Positions 30,225-42,514 of a DNA stretch of 64,000 bases are shown here, in pieces (within the stretch, counting starts at the first letter, position 1; the number at the start of each line of letters is the position of its first letter). Location of the stretch: the NCBI RefSeq assembly GCF_009914755.1, contig NC_060947.1; one strand, 5' to 3'. The notes below the pieces were generated by a model. The model was not told the DNA's origin. It did no database searches and saw nothing but the letters and a program-made list of their open reading frames with translations. The position numbers and the translations under genes were made by a program. The stretch comes from the human T2T-CHM13v2.0 reference genome, Homo sapiens.

Positions 30225-30245
30225 GGGATGGGGGGAAGGGGAGGG
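30225..30245 (+). other. L1 3'UTR G-rich polypurine tract (G-quadruplex motif)
   Basis: GGGATGGGGGGAAGGGGAGGG: four G-runs of at least 3 with short loops, a known feature of L1 3'UTRs. Confidence 0.7.
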
Positions 30246-30400
30246 ATAGCATTTGGAGATATACCTAATGTTAAATGAAGAGTTACTGGGTGCAGCACAC
30301 CAGCATGGCACATGTATACATATGTAACTAACCTGCACATTGTGCACATGTGCCTTAAAACTTGAAGTATAACAAAAAATAAAAAGCTGAAAAAAATAAA

Positions 30401-31530
30401 AAATAAAAAGTAGAAAAAAACTATCTATGAAACTGCTTTGCAAATTGTGCATTCATGGCATAAAATTAAACTGTTCTTTTGATTCAGGAGGTTGGAAACA
30501 CTGTTTTTGTAAGATCTGTGAAGGGACATTTCATATCCCATGGAATCCTTTAGTGAAAAACTGAATATCCTTAGATAAAAGCTAGAACGAAGTTATCAGT
30601 GAAACTGCTTTCCAAAATGTGTGTTTATTTCACAGAGTTAAACCTTTTTTTTTGAATGAGCAGAATGGAAACACTCTTCAAGTAGAATCTGTGAAGGGAC
30701 ACTTTGGAGCCCATTGAGGCCTATAGTGTAAAACAAATATCCTCAGATAAAAACTAGAAATAAGCTATTTGTGAAACTGCTTTGCGATGTGTGCATTCAT
30801 CTCACAGGGTTAAACCTTTGTTTTAATTCAAGAGGTTGGAAACCCTCTGTTTGTAGAACCTGCAAAGGGACATTTTGGAGTCCTTTGAGGCCTATAGTGA
30901 AAAAGCGAATATCCCCAGTTAAAAACTAGAAAGAAGTTATCTGTGAAATTGCTTTAAGATGTGTGCATTCATCTCACAGATTTAAACCTTTTTTTTGATT
31001 CAGCAGGTTGGAAACACTCTTTTTATAAGATCTGCAAAGACACATTTGGGAGTCCATTTAGGCTTATAGTGAAAAACCGAACATCTCCACATAAAAACTA
31101 GAAGGAAGGTATCTGTGAAATCGGTTTGCTATGTGTGATTAAATCTCACAGAGTTAAACTGTTGTTTTGTTTCAGCAGGTTGAAATGCTCTTTTTATAGG
31201 ATCTGTGTAGGGACATTTGGGAGCCCATTGAGACCTACAGTGAAAAACCATATATCCCCTGATAAAAACTAGAAAGAAGCTAACTGTAAAACTACTTTGT
31301 GATGTGTACTCTCTTCTCACGGATAGCTTCTTTCTAATTTCTACCTGGGGATATTCAGTTTTTCATTATAGGCCACAATGGGATCCCAAATGTCCATTTG
31401 CAGATTCTAGAAAAAGAGTGTTTACAGTGTTTAAGCCTGTGTTTTGACTCACTCTTTTTGTAGAGTCTGTGGGAAAATATTTAGGAACCCATTGAGTCCT
31501 AATGTGAAAAACTGAATATCCCCAGATAAA
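30401..31530 (+). repeat. Alpha satellite type 2, continuing after the L1
   Basis: The monomer phase resumes where it was interrupted at 28121, with the same diagnostics as 10.4-28.1 kb. Confidence 0.9.
31317..31423 (-). repeat. ~107-bp inverted alpha-satellite fragment inserted in a + strand monomer
   Basis: The reverse complement reads AAACACTCTTTTTCTAGAATCTGCAAATGGACATTTGGGATCCCATTGTGGCCTATAATGAAAAACTGAATATCCCCAGGTAGAAATTAGAAAGAAGCTATCCGTGA. Confidence 0.93.
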
Positions 31531-32720
31531 AACTAGAAAGAAGCTATCTGTTTAACTACTTTGTGATGTCTCAATTCAGCTCTCAGAGTTACACCTTGCC
31601 TTGGATTCAGCAGATTGAAAGCATTCTTTTTGTAGAATCAGTGAAGGGACATTTCTGAGCCCTCTGAAACCTATAGTGAAAACTGAATATCCCATGATAA
31701 AAAGTAGAAAGAAGGTGTCTGTGAGACTGCTTTGTGATGTGTGGATTCAGCTCACAGAGTTAAACCTTTCTTTTGATTCAGCAGGTTGGAAACACTTTTT
31801 TTGTAGAATCTGAGAAAGGGCATTTGAAGGCACACTGGGGCTTAAAGGGCAAAACAGAATATCCCACGAAATAAGCTAGAAAGAAGCTATTGGTTAAACT
31901 GCTTTGTGATCTGTTGATACACCTCACAGAGTTCAACATTTATTATGATTCAGCAGGACAGGAGCACATTTTTTTATGGAAACTAAGAATGGACTTTTCT
32001 GAACCCAATGAGTCCTATAGTGAAAACTGAATATACCATGATAAAAGGTAGAAAGAGGCTATCTGTGGAACTGCTTTGTGATGTCTAAATTCAGCTGACA
32101 GAGTTAAACCTTTCTTCTGATTCAACAGATTGGACTTCTGTAGTATCTGGGAAGGGATATTTCTGAGCCTACTGAGGTTTATTGTGAAAACAGAGTGTCC
32201 TGTGAAAAGAACTAGAAAGAAGCTATCTGTGAAACTGCACTGTGTTCTGTGGATTCATGTAACAGAGTTAAACATTTGTTTTGTTTCAGCAGGTTAAAAG
32301 CAGTCTTTTAGTAGAATCTAAAAATGGCCTTTTCTGACCCACTGAGGCCTCTGGTGGAAATGAAATATCCACTCATAAAAACTAAAAATGGTCTATCTGT
32401 AAAACTGCTTTGTGATGTGCTGATTCAGCTCACAGAATTCAATACTTCTTTTGTTTCAGCAAATTGGAAGCACTCTTTTTGTGGAGTCTAAGAATCAACA
32501 TTTCTGGACCCACTGAGGCATATAGTAAAAACAGAATATCCTGTGATAAAAACTACAAAGAATTTATCTGTGAAACTGCTTTGTGATGTGTGGGTTCAGC
32601 TAACAGAGGGTAAACCTTTCTTTCGATTCGACGGAAACAATCCTTTTGTAGAATCTGCGAATGAACATTTGGGATCCCATTGTGACCTATAACGAAAAAC
32701 TGAATAGAAAAAATCCATTT
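31531..32720 (+). repeat. Alpha satellite island with type 1 diagnostics (~7 monomers)
   Basis: ATTCAGCTCAC, TAAGAATGGAC..TTCTGAACCC, CCCATGATAAAA and GTTGATAC variants otherwise typical of 1-10.4 kb reappear here. Boundaries are approximate. Confidence 0.8.
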
Positions 32721-35445
32721 GTGAAATGACTCTGTGATATATGGATTAAACACTGTTCAATGTCTTTTTTGATTCAGCAGGTTGGAGACACACTTTTTGA
32801 AGAATCTGTGAAGAGATACAGGGAAACCATTAAAGCTTGTAGTGCAAAACTGAATATCCACAGATAAAAATTAGAAAGAAACTATCCATCAAACTGCTTG
32901 ATGGTGTGTGAACTCATCTCACATAGTTAAACTTCTCTTTGGATTCAGCATGTTGGAAACACTCTTTTTGTACTGCCTGCAAAAAGACACTTGGGAATTC
33001 TTTCAGACCTATAGTGACAAATTAAATATCTCCAGATAAAAACTAGAAGGAAGCTATCTCTGAAACCCCTTTTGACGTTTACATTCATCAGCAAAAGTTA
33101 AGTTTTTCTTTTCATTCAGCAGGATGGGAACAATGTTGTTGTAGAATCTGCAAAGGGATATTTGGGAGCCCTTTGAGGCCTACAGTGAAAAACAGAATAT
33201 CCCCAGATAAAAACTAGAAAGAAGCAATCTGTGTATCAGCTTTGTGATGTGTGGATTCATCTCATAGAGTTAAACCTTTCTTTTAATTCTGCAGGTTTGA
33301 AAAACTCTTTTTGAAGTATCTGTGAAGGGACATATGGGAGCCAATTGAGGCCTAAGGTTAAAAAAACGAATATTACCAGATAAAAACTAGAAAGAAGCTT
33401 TCTGTGAAATGGCCTTGTGATGGGTGGATTCATCTCACAGTGTTAAACCTTTCTTTTGACTCAGCAGTTTGGAAACCTTCTTTCTGTAGAATCTGAGAAA
33501 GGACACTTGGGAACCCTTTGAGGCCTGTACTTAAAAACTGAATATCCCAAGATAAAAACTACAAAGAAGCCATCTGAAATTGCCTTGTGATGTGTGGATT
33601 CATCTCATGGACATAAACTTTTCTTTTAATTCAGCGGTTTGGAGACACTCTTTTTAAAAAATCTGTGAAGGGACATTTGGAGGCCCATTGACCCTACGGT
33701 GAAACATCAAAATCCAAAGAAAAAAAATTGGAAAAAAGCTATCTGTGAATTGGCATTGTGATGGGTGGATTCATCTCACAAAGGTAAACCTTCATTTTGA
33801 TTCAGCAGGTTGGAATCGCTCTTTTTGTAGAATATGCAAAGGGACATTTTTGAGCCCATTGAGTCCTAAGGTGAAAAAGTGAATATCCCCAAATAAAAAC
33901 TAGAAAGAAGCTATCTGTGAAACTCCCTTGTGATATTTAGATTCATCTCACAGAGTTAAACCTTTCTTTTGATTCAACAGGTTGGAAATTCTCTTTTTGT
34001 AGAATCAGCAAAGGGACAGTTGAGAGCACATATAGGTCTATGGTGAAAAAACGAATATCTCCAGATGAAAACTAGAAAGAAGCTATCTGTGAAACTTCTT
34101 TGTGATGTGTGGATTTATATCTGAGTTAACCTTTTCTTTAGATTCAGCAGGTTGGAAAAACTTTTTTTTTGTAGAATCTGCAGAGGGGCATTTAGAATCC
34201 CTTTGATACCTACGGTAAAAAAACAAATATCCCCAGATAAAATATAAAAGGAAGTTATCTGTGAAGCTTCCTAGTGATGTGTGGATTAGTCTCACAAAGC
34301 AAAACTTTCCTTTTGATTCAGCAGGTTGGAAACATTCATTTTGCAGAATCTATGATGAAACATTTGTGAGAGATTTGAGGCCTACAGTGAAAAACTGAAT
34401 ATCCCTGAATGATAACAACAAGAAGGCTATCTGTGAAACCTTTTTGAGAAGTGTGGATTCACCTCACAGAGTTAAAGCTTTCTTTTGATTCAGCAGGTTG
34501 GAAACTCTCTTTGTATACTCAGTGAAAACATATATTGAGCCCATTGAAGCCTATTGTAAAAAAAACAAATATCCCCTGATAAAAACTGGAAAGAAGCTAT
34601 CTGTGACACAACACTGCAAAGTTTGCATTCATCTCACAGATTTAAACTTTCTTTGGATTCAACAGGTTAGAAACACTTCTTTTGTTGAATCTGCAAAGGC
34701 ACATTTGGGAGCCCATTGAAGCGTTTGTTGAAAAATGGAATATCCCCATATAAAACCCACAGAGAAAACATTTGTGAAATTGCTTTGTGATATGTGGATT
34801 CATCTTACAGAGTTAAAACTTTTATTGATTCAGCAGGTTGAAAGCACCCTTGTTGTGCAATCATCTGCAAGGGACAGTTTGTAGCCCAATGACTTCTATG
34901 GTGAAAAACTGAATATGCCCAGATAAACGCTAGAAAGAAGCGATCTGTGAAACTGTGATATGTGCATTCATCTCAGAGAGTTAAAACTTTCTTTTGATTC
35001 AGCAGGTTTAAAATATATTTTTTTATAGAATCTGCTGAGGAATATTTGATAGCCGTTTGAGGCCTATACTGAAAAACTGAATATTTCTAGATAAAAACTA
35101 TAAAGAAGCCATTAGTGAAAAAGCTTTGTAATATGCGGATTTATCTCACAGATTTATACCTTTTTTTGATTCAGAAATTTGGAAACACTCTTCTTGTAGA
35201 ATCTGTGAAGAGAAGTTGGGGAGCTCACTGAGGCCTACGATGAAAAATCAAATATCCCCTTTGATTTAGCAGGTAGGAAACACACTTTATGTAGAATATG
35301 TAGAGGAATATTTGGGAGTCCACTGATGTATATGGTGAAAAACAGAATATCTTTTTTGATTCAGCAGGTTGGAAATAGTTTTTATAGCATTTCAGAAGGG
35401 ATATTTGGGAACCCATTTAGGCCAATAGTGAAATACCGAATGTAA
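32721..35445 (+). repeat. Alpha satellite, monomeric type 3
   Basis: Type-2-like backbone, but with frequent GTGGATTCATCTCAC and GAAAT(G/T)GCCTTGTGA variants. Confidence 0.75.
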
Positions 35446-38400
35446 CCCTTTTCACCATAGGCCTCAATGTGCTCCCAAATATCCCTTTGCAGATTCTACA
35501 AAAAAAAGTGTTTCCAAACTGCTGAAGGAAAAGAAAGATTTAACTCTGTGAGATGACTGCACACAGCACAAAGCGATCTCTTAGATAGCTCCCTTCAAGT
35601 TTTTATCCTGGGATATTCGCTTTTTCACCATTGGCCTAAATGAGCTCCCAAATATCCACCTGCACAAAGCACACACACAGTGTTTCCAAGCTGCTGAATC
35701 CAAAGAAAGGTTTAACTCTATGAGAAGAACGCGTACACTACAAAGCAGTTTCTCAGAAAGATTTTTCTGGTTTTTATGTGAAGATATTTTCTTTTTCACC
35801 ATAGGCCTCAATGAGATCCCCAAAATCCCTTTGCATATTCTACAAAAACCTTGTTTCCAAACTGTTGAATGAACAGAAAAGTCTAACTCTGTGAGATAAA
35901 TACACATACCACAAAGCAGTTTCTCAGATAGCTTCCTTCTAATTATTATCCTGGGATATTTTCTTTTTCACAATTGACCTCAATGAGCTCCAAAATGTCC
36001 ATTCAGAGAATGGACAAAAATGGTTTTTCCAAACAGCTGAATCCAAAGAAATTTTTAACTATATGAGGTGAATGCACACATCACAAGTCAGTTTCTCAGA
36101 TAACTTCCTTCTACTTTTTATCCTGGGATATTTGCATTTTCACCATTCACCATGATAAGCCCCAAAATGTCCCTTTGCAGAATGGACAAAAATAGTGTTT
36201 CCAAAGTGCTGAATCCAAAGTAATGTTTGACTCTGTGAGAAGAATGCACACATCACAAAGCAGTTCCTCAGAAATCTTGTTTCTAGTTTTTATCTGAAGA
36301 TATTTCATTTTTCACCACAGGCCTCAATGCGCTCCCAAATATCCCTTTGCAGATTCTGCTGCTGAATGAAAAGGAAGGTTTATATCTGCGAGATGAATGG
36401 ACACATCATAAAGCATTTTCGCAGACAGCTTCCTTCTAGTTTGTATCCTGAGATATTCACTTCTTTGCCATTGGCCTCAATGAGCTCCCAAATGTCCATT
36501 TGGAGCAGGGACAAAAACAGTGTTTCAAACCTGCTGAATCCTAGGAAAGTTTTAACTCTGTGAGATGAATGCACGCATCACAAAGCACTTCCTCAGAAAA
36601 CTTCAAATTTTTATATGAAGATATTTCCTTTTTCACCATGGGTCACAAAGTGCTCCCAAATATCCCTTCACAGATTCTAGAAAAACAGTGTTACAAAACT
36701 GCTGAGTGAAAAGAAAGCTTTAATTCTGCAAGATGAATTCATGCATCACAAAGAAGTTTCTCAGATATCTTCAATCTAGCTTTCATCCTGGGATATTCAC
36801 TTTTTTGCCATTGGCTTCAATGACCTCCCAAATGTCCACCTACAGAATGGAAAAAAACAATGTTTCCAAACTGCTGAATTGAAAGAAAGATTTACCTCTG
36901 AGAGTTGAATGCACACATCTAAAAGGAGTTCCTCAGAAAGCTTCTTTTTAGTTTTTACATTTTTGAGATGAATATAAACATCAAAAAGCAGTTTCTCAGA
37001 AAGGTTCTTTCTAGTTTTTATCTGAAGATATTTCCTTTTTTACCATAAGCCTCAGTTCACTCACAAATATCACTTCACAGATTTCATAAAAAGAATGTTA
37101 AAGAGCTAAAAGAAAAGAGAAGTTTAACTCTGTGTGATGAATACACACATCACAAAGCGGTTTCTCAGATACATTTTTCTAGGTTTTATTCTGGGATATT
37201 TGCTTTTTTGCCTTTGGCCTCAATGAGCTCCCAAATTTCCATTTGCAGCGTGGGCAAACACAGTTTTTCCAAACTGTCAAATCCAGAGAAATGTGTAACT
37301 CTGTGAGATAAATGCACACATCACAAAGCAGCTTCTCAGAAAGCTTCTTTTTAGTTTTTGTCTGAAGATATTTCCTTTTTCACCATAGGCCGCAATGCAA
37401 TATGAAATATCTCTTCATAGATTCTAAGAAAACAGTGCTTCCAAACCGTTGAATGAAAAGAAATGTTTAACTCTGTGCATCACAAAGCGGTTTCTCTGAT
37501 AGCTTCCTTCTAGTATTTATTCTGGGATATTCACTTTCTCTGCATTGGCTTCAATGAGCTCCCAAAAGTCAATTTGCAGAATGGACAAAAACAGTGCTTC
37601 CAAACGGAAAAATCCAAACAAGGGTTTAACTCTGCGAGATGAATGCACACATCACAAAGCTGTTTCTCAGAGAGCTTCTTTCTAGTTTTTATTTGATGAT
37701 ATTTCCTGTCTAACAATAGGCATCAATTTGCTCCCAAATGTCCCTTTGCAGATTATACAAAAACAGTGTTTCCAAACTGCAGAATGAGAAGAAGGCTTAA
37801 CTTTGTGAGATAAATGCACACATTACAAATCAGTTTCTCAGGTAACTTCTTTATAATTTTTATATGAAGACATTTCCTTTTCACCATAGGCAGTCATGTG
37901 TTATGAATTATCCCGTGTTTCCAAACTGCAGAATGAAAAGAAACTTTTATCTCTGTGAGATAAATGCACACATCACAAAGCGGTTTCTCAGGTAGGTTCC
38001 TTCTAGTTTTTATCCTGGAATAATGGCTTTTTTGCCTTTGCCCTCAATGAGCTCCCAAATGCCCATTCACAGAATGGACAAAAACAGTGTTTCCAAAGTG
38101 TTGAATGAAAAGAAACGTTTAACTCTGTGAGACGAATGGACATATCACAAATTAGTTTCTCAGAAAGCTACTTTCTAGTTTTTATCTGAAGATATTTCCT
38201 TTTTCACCATAGCCCTCAATGCATGACCAAATATCTCTTTGCAGATCCTAAGAAAACAGTGTCTCCAAACTGCTGAATGAAAAAGAAAGATTTAAATCTG
38301 TGAGATGAATGGACATATCACCAATATGTGTCTCAGATAACTTCCTTCTAGTTTTTACCCTGGGACAATCTCTTTGCCTCCATTGGCCTCAATAAGCTCC

Positions 38401-41400
38401 CAAGTGTCCATTCGCATAATGAAAAAAAGCAATGATTCCAAACTGCTGAATCCAAATAAAGGTTTACCTCTCTGAGATGAATGCAGACTTCACAAAGCAG
38501 TTTGTCTGAAAGCTTCTTGCTAGTTTTTATCTGAAGATATTTCCTTTATCACCATAGGTCTTAAAGCGCTATCAAATATCTCTTCACAAATTCTAAGAAG
38601 ACAGGGTTTCCAAACTGCTGAATGAAAATAAACGTTTAATTCTGTGAGATAAATGCACACATCACAAGTCAGTTTCTCAGATAACTTCTTTCTAGTTTTT
38701 ATCCTGGGATATTCACTTTTTCGCCATTGGCCTCAATGAGCTCCAAAATGTCCATTTGCAGAATGGAGAAAACAGTGTTTCCAAACTGCTGATTCCAAAG
38801 AAAGGTTTAACTCTGTGAGATGAATGAACACATCAAAATAAAGTTTCTCACAAAGCTTCTTTGCATTTTTATCTGAAGATATTTCCTTTTTCACCATAGG
38901 CCTCAATGCGCAGCCAAATATCCCTTTGCAGATTCTATAAAAACAGTGTTTCCAAACTGCTGAATCAAAAGAGAAATACAACTCTATGAGATGACTGCAC
39001 ACATCACAAAGTGGTTTCTCAGAGAGCTACCTTCTAGTTTTTATCCTGCGATATTTGCTTTTTCACGATTGGCCTCAAAGAGCTCACAAATGTTCACTCG
39101 CAGAATGGAAAAAAACAGTGTTTCCAAACTGCCGAAGCCAAAGAAATGTTTAACTCTATGAGATGAGTAAGCACATCACAAAGCAGTTTCTCAGAAAGCT
39201 TCTTTCTAATTTTTATCTGAATGTATTCCCTTTTTCACCATAGGCCTCAGTGCGCTAACAAATATCCCTTCACAGATTCTATAAAAAGAGTTTCCAAACT
39301 GCTGAAAGGAAAGGTTTAAATGTGTGAGATGAATGCACACAACACAAAGCAGTTTCTCATATATCTTCCTTCTAGTTTTGATCTTGGGATATTCACTTTA
39401 TCGCCATTGACCTCAATGAACACCCAAATGTCCATTTGCAGAATGCACAGAAACAGTGTATCCAAACTGCTGAATCCAAAGAAAGGTTTCACTGTGTGAG
39501 ATGAATGCACACATCACAAAGCAGTTTCTGAGAAAGCTTCTTTCTAGTTTTTGCCTGAGAATATTCCCATTTTCACCATAGGCCTCAATTTGCTGACAAA
39601 TATCCCTTCACAAATTCTACAAAAACAGTGTTTCCAATCTGCTGAATGAAAAGAAAGGTTTAATTCTGTGAGAAGAATGTACACATCACAAAGCGGTTTC
39701 TCAGATAGTCTCCTTCCAGTTTTTATCCTGGGATATTCACTTTTTTGCCTGTGGCATTAATGAGCTCCAAAATGTCCATTCGTGGACGGACAAAAACTGT
39801 GTTACCGAACTGCTGAATTCAAACAAAAATTTAACTCTGGGAGATGAATGCACACATCCCAAACCAGTTCCTCATTAAGCTTCTTTCTAGTTTTTATCTT
39901 AAGGTATTTCCTTTTTCACCATAGGTCTCAAGTCACTACCAAACATCTCTTTGCAGATGGTAAGAGAAAAGTGTTTCCAAACTGCTGCAGGAAAAGAAAG
40001 ATTTAAGTCTGGGAGATGATTTCACACATCTCTAATTGGTTTCTCAGATAACTTTCTTCTAGTTTTTAACCTTGGATAATCGTTTTTTTTTTTTTTTTTT
40101 TTTTTTTTTTGCCATTGGCCCCAGTGAGTTCCCAAATGTCCACTCACAGAATGGAAAAAAACAGAGTTTCCAAACTGCTTAATCCAAATAGAGCTTTAAC
40201 TCTGTGAGATGAATGAATGCATCACAAAGCAATTTCTCAGAAAGCTTCTTTCTATTTTTTATCTTAAGATATTTCCTTTTTCTCCATAGGCTTCAATGCT
40301 GTGCAAATATCCCTTCACATGTTCTACAAAAACAGTGTTTCCAAACTGCTGAATGAAAAGAATGGTTTAAGTCTGTGAGATGAATGCATCCATCACAAAG
40401 CGTTTCTCAGAGACCTTCCTTGTAGTTTTATCCCAGGATACTCGCTTTTTCTCCATTGGTCTCAATAAGCTCCCAAATGTCCATTCACAGAATGGACAAA
40501 ACAGTGCTACTTAACTGTGGAACCCATAGAAAGATGTAACGCTTTGAGATGAATGCACACATCCAAAAGCAGTTTCTAATTATGGTCCTTTCTAGTTTTA
40601 ATCTGAAGATATTTCCTTTTTCACCACAGGCCACAAGGTGCTACTAAATATCTCTTCACAGATTCTAAGGAAACAGGGTTTCCAAACTGCTGAATGAAAA
40701 GGAAAGGCTTAATTCTGAGAGTGAATGCACACATCACAAACCACTCCCTCAGAAATCTTCTTCCTAGTTTTTATCTGAAGATATTTCCTTTTTGGCCACA
40801 GGCCTTTAGGTGCTACCAAATATCTGTTCACAGATTCTAAGAAAAGAGTGTTTCCAAACTGCTCGATGAAAAGAAACGTTTTACTCTCTGAGATGAATGT
40901 GCATGTCACATATCTGTTTCTCAGATAGCTTCCTTCTAGTTTTTATCCTGGGTTAGTGCCTTTTTTGCCATTGACCTCAAAGAGTTCAGAAACGTTCAAT
41001 CCCAGAATGGATAAAAACAGTGTTTCCACACTGTTGAATCCATAGAATCATTTAACTCTGTGAGATGAATGAACACATCACAAAGCAGTTTCTCAGAAAG
41101 CTTCTTTCTAGTGTTTACCTGAAGATTTTTCCTTTTTAACTATAGGTGTCAATGTGCTGCAAAATATCCCTTCACAGATTCTTCAAAAAAAGTGTTTCCA
41201 AACTGCTGAATGAAAGAAAGTTTTAACTCTGTGAGATGAATGCACACATCACAAATCAGTTTCTCACATAACTTCTTCTAGTTTTTATCCTGGGATATTC
41301 CCTTTTTCACCATTGGCATCAACGAGCTCTCAAATGCCTATCTGCAGAACGGACAAAATCAGTGTTTCCAAAGTGCTGAATCTAAAGAAAAGTTTAACTC

Positions 41401-42514
41401 TGTGAGAAGAATGAACACATCACAAAGCAGTTTCTCAGAAAGACTCTTTCTAGTTTTCATCTGAAGTAAATTCCTTTTTCACCATAGGCCTCAATGAGCT
41501 CCCAAATATCCCTTCACAGATTCTAGAAAAACAGTGTTTCCAAACTACTGAAGGAAAAGAAGTTTTAACACTGTGAGATGAATGCAGACATCACAAAGCG
41601 TTTTCTGTGATATCTTCCTTCTAGTTTTAATCTTGGGATATTTGCTTTTTCACCATTGGCCTCAATGAGCTCCCAAAAGTCCATTCACAGAATGGACAAA
41701 AACAGTGTTACCAAACTGATGAATCTAAAGAAAGGTTTAACTTTGTGAGATGAATGCAAACATCACAAAGAAGTCTCTTAGAATGGTTCTTTCTAGTTTT
41801 TATTTGAATATATTTCTTTTTTCACCACAGGACTCATTGCACAATAAAATATCTCTTAGAAGATCCTAAGAAAACAGTGCTTCCAAACTGCTGATTGAAA
41901 AGGAAGGTTTAACCCTGTGAGATGAATGCACACGTCACAAATCGGTTTTTCAGATAGGTTCCTTCTATTTTTTATTCAGGGATATTCACTTTTTCACCAT
42001 TGGCCTCAATTAACTCCCAAAAGTCATTTTGCAGAATGGACAAAAATAGTGTTACCAAAGTGCTTAACCCAAAGAAAGGTTTAACTTTCTTAGATGAATG
42101 CACACGTCTGAAACCAGTTTCTCATTAAGTTTCTTTCTAGTTATTATCTGAAAATATTTCCTTTTTCACCATGGGCCTCAAAGCCCTACCAAATATCTCT
42201 TCACGGATACTAAGGAAACAGTGTTTCCAAAATGCTGAATGAAAAGAAAGTTTTAACACTGTGAGGTGAATGCCCGCATCTCAAATTGGTTTCTCAGATA
42301 ACTTCCTTTTAGTTTTTATCCTGGGATGATCGCTTTTTCACCATTGGTCTCAATGAGCTCCCAAATGTACATTCACAGAATGGAAAAAAAAACAATTTTT
42401 CCAAACTGCTGAATCCAAAGATAGATTTATCTCTGTGAGATGAATGCACGTAAAAAAAAAAACAGTCTCTCAAGAAAGGTTCTTTATAGTTTTTATCTGA
42501 TGATATTTCTTTTT
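35446..42514 (-). repeat. Ancient dimeric alpha satellite in inverted orientation
   Basis: Reverse-complement monomers alternate ATCCTGGGATATTC...GAATGGACAAAAACAGTG with ATCTGAAGATATTTCCTTTTTCACCATAGG...GATTCTACAAAAACAGTG. Confidence 0.95.
40083..40110 (+). repeat. Poly(T)28 tract
   Basis: An uninterrupted run of 28 T at a position where other monomers have 5-6 T. Confidence 0.95.
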
